From: Selaginella moellendorffii
Lineage: Eukaryota; Plantae; Lycopodiophyta
Assembly (NCBI RefSeq): GCF_000143415.4
Contig: NW_003314289.1
Location: forward strand, 451,447-472,818
Length of the DNA stretch: 21,372 bases
Direction: 5' to 3'
A model generated the notes under the pieces. It was not told the origin of the DNA and ran no database searches. It saw nothing but the letters and a program-made list of their open reading frames with translations. Position numbers and translations under genes: made by a program. This document shows, in pieces, positions 9,059-18,513 of this stretch; within the stretch, counting starts at the first letter, position 1; each line of letters begins with the position of its first letter.

Positions 9059-9389
9059 GGAGAACTCAAAGAACAAGGAACGCGCGTTTTAGGGCTCAAG
9101 TTCGTACATACCAATCTCATTACGTACGTTTGTCGTACGCACATAATTATTCTTACCGTACAGAGAATATCCGTGTTTTAGGGCTTTCGTACCCACCGTG
9201 CCCGTTGAGATATTCCTACCGTACGAAGAATATTCTTCTGTGTTTATACGATTAGGGCTTGGGCAATGGGAAATTGAGCCACTCAAATGGGGCTTGGAAT
9301 GGCGGGCGTGGAATGGCGATGGAGGTGAGGCGATCGCGGCCAATCTCTCGGATTTTCTCGTGATTTCTCTGCGCGGAGGTACTGCCGTG

Positions 9390-11152
9390 ATGGCGCCCGC
9401 AGAAGCTGGGGAAATTCCTGGTAGCGAAGAGCGGCGAGCATTTCAGGTCAGGGTTTCTTCCTCTACCTGTGAAAAGCGGGAGATTCCTCTACGCTTCTTC
9501 CCATTTGATCAGGTGGAAGAAGACGAGCCAGTGCTGAAGCGTGCCGCGTCGGTGTTCTTCGCGGATATGGTGGCGAGCGCCACTTCCTCGTTGGAGAGCT
9601 GCGCGCGATCGAATTACCCCAACGGCAAAGACGCGAATCTGGTGGAGCCTTTTGCTTCCGCTCCCCCATTCTGGGAGGGTATCCCTCCTCCAGCAACCCT
9701 CGTGGATCTCAACGTTCCATTGCTGGCACCAAAGCTGGACTGCTCAAGCGCTGGTGGTGGTGGTGGTGGTGGTGGCGGTCGCGAGGACGATCCCCTCTTT
9801 GACTTTCAAGAGTTCCACCATCGTCTCCACGACGTAAGCAAAGCTCCATTCTCGCAGTATCATTACGATGACCATCTTACCTGGGAGACTTTTTTTACTC
9901 CTGCCACTGCTGCTTCTGGTACTCAGGGCCAAGACGATCCTTTCCAGGGTTACAACGTGAGCTCTTCGCACGATCACGGCTATAATGGTAGCGTCTCTCA
10001 GCTCCTTGACGCGTTAGCGCCACCACGACCGGCAGAGTCTTGTAGCGGCGGTAACGTCCAAGCCAGGATGGGAAATCTCATGGAGCTTCTCTACGGTCGT
10101 CGCCAGGAGGCTGCTTCTCAGCTCGGGCCGCCACCGGCGATGGAGTCTTCGACCGGTGATGGAACTAAAGCTCAAGACAAAGCTGGCGACGACGATGGTG
10201 GGTTTGTGGAGCCTCTGTACAGTCGCATACGGAGCCAGGAGGAGGATGAGCAGGATTTGGAGTTTGGGAACTTCTGGGATGTAGAGAAGCCTGCTCAGCA
10301 CTCGGCGTTGCCGGGAGCTTGCACGGCCGACTGTCACGACTTGGTGAGCAGCATCTCGAACCTGTCGAAGGTTTTGCTGTCGCACTATGGAGCTCGAGAG
10401 AAGAAGGCACCGAATTCTTTTCTGCGACAAGCAGGGATAAAGGACTTGCAGTCTGCCATATTGGACCTCTCCAAGTGCCTCGTTCATGCACACGGCCAAC
10501 AAAATGCCACTGTGGAGAATGCAAATCAGGTAAGTACTTAGCTTTTGTTTCTCTTTTTCTCTATTTCATATTACTGCTGGAGAGTTTAGCAGGTCGAAGA
10601 GAGCAAGAACCCTTCCGAGGAGGATCCAAACTTTGGACTGTACAGCGAGACTGACGAGCAGCCTGCCGAGCACGACGAAGACGGTAACGAGCAGCTTGTG
10701 ACGAGGTTTAAGATTCTCTTGGAATTGGCTGGAAAAGGTCCCAAGGAGGTGGAAGGTATGCATTCTTATTTGAGGAGCTCTTAAACTGTAGTTTCAATTC
10801 ATCAAACAAAATCCATCTAACAATCTGGATGTAACATGCAGAGGTTGTCTCCAAAAGCAATCCCGAGCCCGAGGAGCAGCAGCAGAACCCTTCGTACTTC
10901 GACAGCAACCAAGTGGAGCAGAGGCTGGCGCTCTTGAGAAGCCGCCCCCAGTGGAGTGATGACGATGGTGCCGCGACGATGAGTGGCGAGGACATCCAAG
11001 TGCGAGACGACTACGTTGCGAAACGTACCGCGTCCTTGAAGGAGCTGTCCGACCGCCTCATGAAGAATGGCGTGCAAGCAGCAGCAGCAGCAAGTCCAGC
11101 AGCAGACAAGGGGTCTGATAGCAGTGAAGAGTTCGGCTGGGAGCACATCTAA
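9390..11152 (+). CDS. Uncharacterised, largely disordered plant protein; exons about 9390-10529, 10593-10755 and 10842-11152 (start and a possible in-frame intron at 9447-9512 are uncertain)
   Basis: A long GC-rich ORF joined in frame by GT-AG introns of 63 and 86 bp. Its motifs (LVSSISNLSKVLLSH, LVTRFKIL, VEQRLALLRSR, C-terminal WEHI) resemble from memory a plant family of unknown function (...VMARF.ILK.R...WEHV); not verified by search. Confidence 0.75.
9753..9779 (+). repeat. (GGT)n microsatellite encoding poly-Gly
   Basis: Run of GGT triplets inside the ORF. Confidence 0.9.
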
Positions 11153-12120
11153 GATCATCTCTTGCTCTTGCGTGTAAGTAAGTTTGCTAAAGTGGAGATC
11201 TTCAAACTTCCAGACTGGATTTTCTTAGTAGAAAAGCTATAAAGAAAAAAAAGAGAGGCACTAGCTTCTGCTGGTGTCCACCAAGAAATGTACAGTGGAA
11301 AGGGACGATCAAAAAAAGAGACGCTTGGATTTCTCTCAAAAGGCCTGTATTTGATTTGAATCCCACCGATGTGTCAGCCTTTGGTCTTCATGGTATTGAC
11401 TTTGCAAAGCAAGGATCTCTTGGATTTTTGGTAACCAACTCGCGTAAAAGTTCTATGATTTGGTAGCGGTTTGATGCCAACCTTGGCACCTTCTTGTCAT
11501 GACTTGTCACACAAAAGATCACAACGTCATAAATCCATCCTTGCGAAGTTGCAACCTCGAAACAACAAAAAGCTGGTGCTTGGAGAGAAAAAAAAAAAGT
11601 ATCCATCTTGGCTTGCAACTTCTTTCTTGTCGTTGTTTTACTCTAGTTTGTCTACCATGTGCGCAATCTCGCTGGAATTCTTGTCTGGAACTTCCTGAGA
11701 CTGCCACAACTTCGCCACGAACAAGAACAAAAAACTTAACAAAGACTTGGATTGTCATTCAATCCTTGAAAAGTGGCTGTCACTGCATTGCCATGAATCG
11801 CAGAGGCAGTGAGCAAATAATAATCATCCAGCTAAAGCTATCCCCAAAAGCCATATAGAAACTTCTTTTCTTCTTGTGTTCTTCGTTTGAGTCTTGAGTG
11901 AGCATCTCTGCTTGCTTTGTCTGCTGGCTGGCTGGCTGCTGCTGCTGCTACTGCGAGGGGGATTGAATCCAATCCAAGTGTGGAGGAATTTAAGGTACCT
12001 GTCGCTGCTGGCAAGGCTGTTCTTTCTCTGCTCGAATGTAAACTCCGAAGGAAAAAGACCCTCTGCCACTTACACCTGCGTGAAGTCCCTGCTCATAGCT
12101 GCTTGCCAGACCATGTCTAT
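11133..12120 (+). repeat. Copy A of a ~1 kb direct duplication
   Basis: Colinear with 13387-14426, from TCGGCTGGGAGCAC to GCTTGCCAGACCATGTCTAT, with substitutions and small indels. Confidence 0.95.
12070..12120 (-). pseudogene. Orphan duplicate of the last 16 codons and stop of CER3
   Basis: Reads IDMVWQAAMSRDFTQV* versus [16 protein letters not shown] at 14376-14426 (5 differences in 51 bp). Truncated at the TIR. Confidence 0.9.
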
Positions 12121-13385
12121 GGTGTGTAATTTGTAAAAAACGTAACATTTGTAGTTATTTTATTTATTTTTTAAGGGTTGACATTAAGTGTTAAAATAAA
12201 AATTCATACTTCTTAAGTAAGGTAAAAAAACATTTTAACTATTAAAATAATATATATGGCAATTTATTACTTTTGATGGTAGATCAATTTAGGATATAAA
12301 GATTATAACAATTTTTTGAAGGGTTAAAATTAAAAATTATCTTTCTTTGAAAAGTAAAATGGCTTAAGAAAAGTGTAAAAGCCTTCAAACATACTTAAAC
12401 ATTAGCAAAAGCCATGTGGCACTTTTTCATTGAGTCTGAATTTGATGCCCATAACATGGGTATGATGACTATTGATAACGCCATAGGCCATGCATGTTCT
12501 ATAGACGGCTTATGAATACCACATGGATTCATTGCATTCGGTTCAAATGCAATGCCATGTCCACAAGGTCTATGTACGAAAGGTAAGCACTAGTGGCTTC
12601 ACCTACATTGCCAAATTTGCTAATTTGCAACCAATCTATTGGATTCCACGACTTTGAAATTATCTTAATTTTTATAGGCAACTAAAGAACCTCATAATGA
12701 GTAAGATGTCTTGTATCATGATTAGAGGCCTCAAAGTTTATTAATTTCAAATAATATGTAGATTATCTGGACATGATAGGCATTGTTGGAGAACATGAAC
12801 ATAGTGTCTCATCTCTAATATTAAGCTATTTCAACTCTTCTTCAGGTAATGAGATTGAAGATAGGGACAATGATGAATCATAGGTGATTCAGCGCTTTAA
12901 TTATATATTGTAATCTTTCATGTTATGGATCTTTTGAGGGGGACGTCGTCCTCATCGTCCGAATCCTTGGCTGGATTGGCCTTCTTTAAGCGTGCCGCGA
13001 GCAGCACGCAGTCACATGGTTTTGCTAGTGCAGTAACATTTTGCACCTGGATGGACTTGAAGATTTTAGAGACCAAGACCATGAGTTATCTTGCAACTTA
13101 CTTTGGAATTTCACAGTTAACATTGTACAAATATATGTAGCTTGGTAGCAGCCATGGGGAAAGAATATGCTAATAAAAAACCCATAACAATGATAGATCA
13201 GGTTTTGATAAAGAAAATGTTGTCCATAGCTGTTGGCAGTGCTATGGTGTGCCAACTATTATATACATGGGGAATGGGCATGATGATGGCTATGGTGGGA
13301 AGGAAAGAATATCCTTGAATATTTTTTCATATGAGAAAATAGAAATCTACCCATGCAAAGTTACGTTTTTTTACAAATTAACGCC
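12121..13385. mobile_element. Non-autonomous TIR DNA transposon (superfamily uncertain; GG...CC termini)
   Basis: Left end GGTGTGTAATTTGTAAAAAACGTAACATTTG matches the reverse complement of the right end, GGCGTTAATTTGTAAAAAAACGTAACTTTG. The interior is AT-rich with no transposase ORF. Confidence 0.8.
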
Positions 13386-13386
13386 A

Positions 13387-14426
13387 TCGGCTGGGAGCAC
13401 TCCTGCACATCTAAGATCATCTCTTGCATGTAAGTAAGTTTGCTAAAGTGGAGATCTTCAAACTTCCAGACTGGATTTTCTTAGGGGAAAAGCTATAAAA
13501 ATAAAAAAAGAGACACTAGCTGGTGTCCACCAAGAAATGTACACTGGAAAGGCGATCAAGAAAAGAGACGCTTGGATTTCTCTCAAAAGGTCTGCATTGA
13601 TTTGAGACCCACTGATGTGTCAGCCTTTGGTCTTTATGGTATTGACTTTGCAAAGCAAGGATCTCTTGTATTTTTGGTAACCAACCTGCGTGAAAGTTCT
13701 AAGATTTGGTAGCAATTTAATGCCAACTTTGGCACTTTCTTGTCATGACTTGTCACACAAAAGATCACAACCTCATAAATCCATCCTTGCGAAGTTGCAA
13801 CCTCGAAACAACGAAAAGCTGGTGCTTGGAGAGAAAAAAAAAAGTATCCACCTTGGCCAGCAGCCGTCCTGAATCCTTGCATTGCAACTTCTATCTTGTC
13901 GTTGTTTCAGTCTAGTTTGTCTACTATGTGCACATTCTCGCTGGAATTCTTGTCTGGAACTTCCTGAGACTGCCACACAGTGTCAGTGTAGACAAACAAA
14001 AGAAATTAACAAAGATTTGGATTGTCATTCAATCCTTGAAAAGTGGCTCTCACTGCATTGCCATGAATCGCAGAGGCAGTGAGCAAATAATAATCATCCA
14101 GCTAAAGCTATCCTCAAAACCATATAGAACCTTTCTCCACTTCTTCTTTTCTTCTTGTGTTCTTCGTTTGAGCCTTGTGAATCTACTTTCCCTGCTTTTG
14201 AGTGAGCATCTCTGCTTGCTTTGTCTGCTGGCTGGCTGCTGCTGCTACTGCGAGTGTGGATCCAATCCAATCCAATCCAAGTGTGGAGGAATTGAAGGTA
14301 CCTGGTGTCGCTGCTGGCATGGCTGTTCTCTCTCTGCTCGAACGTGAACTCCGAAGGAAAAAGACCCGCTGCCACTTACACCTGCGTGAAGCCCCGGCTC
14401 AAAGCTGCTTGCCAGACCGTGTCGAT
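13387..14426 (+). repeat. Copy B of the ~1 kb direct duplication
   Basis: Begins with a copy of the last codons of the 9390-11152 gene (GWEH, then an 8-bp insertion) and runs into the last exon of the intact CER3. Confidence 0.95.
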
Positions 14427-16941
14427 TCTCTCCACATCAATGCTTCCCACTTCGTGGTGGCTCCACTCCTCCAGTGCGTGCAGCAAACCCCCGGCATGGC
14501 AGGCAGCAACAACCCCTCGGTCATTTATATACTGCACATGAGAGAAAAGAGAGAAGAGTGAGTTACGTCCACGCGCTGGAAAAGCCAAGAGGGAAAAAGA
14601 GCTCTCTCCTACCTCGCAAGTGTGGACTCCGGCCACGTCTTTGGGAAGTTTCATCCCAACCAGCTTCCCGTATGTGCAGTCGCTGCGCACCTCCTGCACT
14701 GGCGGCACGACAAACTGGTGGAAGTGCGTCCCCACCGGCGCAAATCCTTGCTCTCGTTCGGTAACCCACTTGCCAATGATCCATCTCTGCAGAGAACGAA
14801 GAAAAAAAGAGGTGTAAGAGCTGTAAGACTTGGCGTCGTGCGCTTTACCAACCTTGCAGTACTGGCCAGCTTGGTATTTAGTGACATGAACCAGGTTTCT
14901 ACGGTGCTCCGCGGCGGCCTCGCTCAGAATGGATTCGTAGCGACTTCTGGAACTAGTCAACATCTGAAGTGGAGGAAATGCGATGGATTAGATCGCTTCG
15001 TAACTCCACGGCTAGCTACTTAAGCCTGAAGTGAATGAGACACATACCAGCACGCGAACTCCCTTTCTGCACAAGTAGAGAGCGATGGCCCGGCCCAGCT
15101 TGGACGTTGCTCCTGTCAGGAACACCTCTTCCACTTCGGCCGGGAGCTCGTTGAGGACCACCGCGGCTGTCAGGGTGTTCCCGTGAACCACCCTGACTCT
15201 CAAGTCAGGATGCTTCTTGACAAACAACAATCCACCTCCGTTGAGTGCTTCGTTCTGTTCACCAACGAGAAGAGTGTCACTCTTTGTCTCCGAGGAAAGA
15301 AAGCTTTTCTGTTTGTTACCTTGTTCAATGCGGCAAGGCTAATGACCTTGACACCCATCTCATTTGCTTGTAATATAGCCTTCTCGATGATGTTATTGAT
15401 TGAATCTAAGCCGAATGGCAAAAAATACTGGAACACAAAACAACCGACAATGATTAAATGGCTGAGGAAAAGCTGTGAACAGAGAGAACTTACATGAATA
15501 CCGTATCTAGGAACGACCCATGTTTGGGCATGAAGACCCCGTAACATGTACTGATAGGCCACAAAAACTCGCCCCCAAGCCCACAAGGCGAAGAATGCAA
15601 CGAGCCCGAGAGGCCAGAAGACGTACATGTAGAGGAAGGACAAGCTGATAGTGTACGGCACAGAAGAGAACGTCCGAGAAACAAAAGAAACGTGAATCGA
15701 TGAAAGAATGTCGATACAGTGTGCCAAGAACACAAAGCTGGGAACTTCTTCCTCTCGGCCTAAAATTTACAAAGAACAATTAAAAAACGTGAGCCCAACG
15801 ACCAAACCGACAGACAAAAAGCGCAAACCTTGGCGTAGAGATTTGTGCACAGCTCGTGTGTGTTTGCTGAGCGTGCCCCCGAGCACGTCAAACAGGGGCA
15901 TGAATAAACAAAAATTGGTTTCCAGTTCGGTGTGATGCAAAGAATGATATCTGCGAAGAACGAAATAATTAGCTTTCCGGTTGACAAAGTTCACAAGAGA
16001 TCAAACTTACGACGGCGTGTAGACGAGATATCTGAGCGGTGGAAACGCCTTGAAGAGAGCTTCGGGAACAATCTCAAAATTGCAATGACCCAGCTGCTTG
16101 AAGAAATCGAAACTCAAGAGGTAGGCATAGATCATGACCACGGATCCCCCACCAAGAGCCATGACACCGATGATTGGAATCGCAATAAGCGCAGCTTGTA
16201 TCAATTCCTCGAGGAAAGTTCTTGTTCCAGCTGCCAAGCAACAACGATAAGTGGATCTTGTAGAAGTAGAATCGAAAGAGCTTTGCCTGCATACCGGTTG
16301 CTGGCTCTGGAGTAGTGGACGCGTGATGGAGCGAGTGATAGTTGCAAAAGAGTATGTGAGAGCTATGCATTGCTCGGTGGACAAAGTAGTAAATCGGCTC
16401 CGTGAAGACGACATGGAAGAAGACGAGTAGTAGAAGCCCAGTCCAGTTGAAAAGCGGGAGATCTCTAAAGGCAGGGATCCAAACATGGGCTGCCGCTAAT
16501 GCCAGGGACTGGAAGATCATATGGTTGTCACTGGAGAGGACAAAAACCATTAGACACACCGAGCAAAGAATCGAATCCAAGTTACCAGTGGAATTCCCGA
16601 TCCACTTGCTCGTAGCTCAGCGCAAACTGTTGAATCTGGTACTTCTTGACAAGGAAGTAGAGCCTGGAGACCGTGATCCATGCCTGCTGCTGGAGGTACC
16701 TCAAGAGAACGAGGAGGACGAGATGGAACCACCAGGAATCGGTGGAAGAATGCCGAGCGGCGAAAAAATGGGAGTGCGCCGCTTTAGCGACAAATGGCGC
16801 AAACATTATGTACTGCATGGCGAGCGAGCGAGCGATCGATTGTCAGCCAAGAAACCAAAAAGAGAGGAGAGGGCCACAAACCTTGAGATTCCCGAGCGTT
16901 TCCCATGGCCAATCGGCCAGTGGAGCAGTCGACACGCCCAT
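14376..16941 (-). CDS. CER3: ECERIFERUM3/WAX2-like very-long-chain alkane/wax biosynthesis protein; 11 exons (16941-16882, 16812-16586, 16530-16295, 16230-16011, 15950-15829, 15759-15494, 15427-15320, 15254-15048, 14963-14853, 14786-14613, 14531-14376); 628 aa
   Basis: [10 protein letters not shown]|Y; His boxes HRAMH, HSLHH and YHSLHH; [11 protein letters not shown]; FVFLAH; [30 protein letters not shown]; [15 protein letters not shown]; [11 protein letters not shown]; ACHAGG. These wordings are CER3-type rather than CER1-type. Exons sum to 1887 nt in frame and all introns are GT-AG, 55-84 bp. Confidence 0.93.
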
Positions 16942-17422
16942 GGAGGACGGAAGGATCGCCGCGATATTTCCCCGGAGAGGGTTTCGATCGATCGGCGCTG
17001 CTACGGGAATGCGATATTTCGGAGCCGATTCACGCGATGCGCTGCCCGAGGGTCTGATCAAGAACCAAGAAAGCTAGAGGGAGCGAGATGGGGAGGAAAT
17101 CTGCGAGCTAGAGGCGATCCAGAGGAGAGAATCGCTGGAAATCTGCGCTGCGATGGAATGGTGACTTACATTCGCGAGATTTATAGCGGCGGCAACGATC
17201 AAGACGACCTCGCGAGAAGCGAGAGAAGAAGCATCGGCGAAGATGAGCGCTGCGCGACGCAGTCGTCTCGGTCGTCGCCCTGGATTCTCCTCCTCTTCTT
17301 TGAAGCCCTTGGACTCTCATCGCTCTCCCTCGCGTTAGTTGCTAATAGCGCGTTGCGCGCATTGAATGAGCGACAGCCTTTAACAGAGGCACACACACAC
17401 ACGGAGAAAAAATTTCAACCAA

Positions 17423-17627
17423 AGTCAACCCCTCGCGAATCTCGGCCGTCCGCGTGGCGTGCATGCGCACCCCGCCACGCGGGATACAGCGTGGCATAGT
17501 CTGCCACCTGTCTGACACGCCAGCGCCAAGAGGAGTGACACGTGGCGGTCACCGCAGTCAACGCCTCTATTACGGGGATTGACAATATTTTTCCCGCAGG
17601 CCGCGGCGTTGAATTGACCGCTTGACC
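17423..17627. promoter_or_regulatory. Cluster of ABRE/G-box-like and W-box motifs upstream of CER3
   Basis: GACACGTGGC at 17537, CGCGTGGC at 17451, GCCACGCG at 17474 and AGCGTGGC at 17488; TTGAC(C/T) at 17423, 17556, 17614 and 17622. Confidence 0.45.
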
Positions 17628-17749
17628 ACCCAACGCCAGTCCAACGCTACCAAATCTTTAAAGGAAAGTAGAGCACAAATCAAAGAGAGGAGCTTCTCGT
17701 TAGAATTTTTTAAGTGTGTCCGTAAAGAACTTTTGATCTCCAATAGCTT

Positions 17750-18336
17750 CTATACTTCTTCCACCTGAGAAGCAAAGCTATGGATTGAAAGGATGTTTAA
17801 GTTTGTCCGCAAAGTACTTTCACTTCTATGCTTACACCTGCGATAGCGAGCAAATAGATTTAGTGTCGAAAGAAACGCTCAAGAAAACCATACCGCGAGT
17901 AGATCTTCTTTGAGCGAAGCACTCCAACACAATGTACTCGTCTTTGATTAAACTCGTGGCATGGTTTTTGTGATCAAACTTTAGCTTTTACTGAGAGACA
18001 AACGAGAGAGAGGGAACGTTTTTGTCTGCGTAGAAGTAAAAGCTTACCAGGCTGGGCGGGGAGAATGAAGTCCTTGTTCGTCTGTGCTGGCTCTCAGAGC
18101 AGTAGAAAGGGCAGCAGTGTCTCCGAGAGACGACAGAGCACAGTGGAGCTGCAAGAACAGCAACAGCCATTCCACCACCAACACATTGATTGTCACTTTG
18201 TATCCAACTCCAAATCATCGTCCTATGAGCCACTATGGCCAACAAGAAAGTAGAAGCGAAGATAAGCAAAAACGAGGAATAAAGATAAGGAACAACACCT
18301 CCACTTACTTGGGACGCGTAAAGGATGGATGCGCAT
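17750..18336 (-). other. Possible small spliced gene or spliced non-coding transcript
   Basis: Four GT-AG intron-like segments (76, 57 or 63, 56 and 53 bp) with pyrimidine tracts can be joined in frame. No recognisable protein family. Confidence 0.35.
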
Positions 18337-18513
18337 CTCCCACAGAGCGAGAAAAGATCCAGGATGAGATGACTGCTACACAGAACCAAGTTGGGAATCG
18401 AGGACAGCAATTGCGTGTCGAACTTCTAGAATCACCGCAAAGTCGCCTGTACGTGATAAACCCGTTAGCATGAGAGAATAAAGTCGAGATGGACATAGAA
18501 AGCGAGTTGACGA

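Noticed and set aside
9198-9389. N-terminal part of the 447-aa ORF
   Set aside because: GTG start within the repeat-like, motif-rich intergenic segment; the first in-frame ATG is at 9390.
11388-14561. Numerous short ORFs in the duplicated segments
   Set aside because: Frames are not preserved between copies A and B because of indels and stops, consistent with non-coding 3' regions.
16402-17499. 365-aa + strand ORF antisense to the CER3 5' region
   Set aside because: It starts at GTG, has no recognisable domain, and is the antisense of CER3 exons 1-3, introns and a GC-rich 5' region. Most likely a chance open frame.
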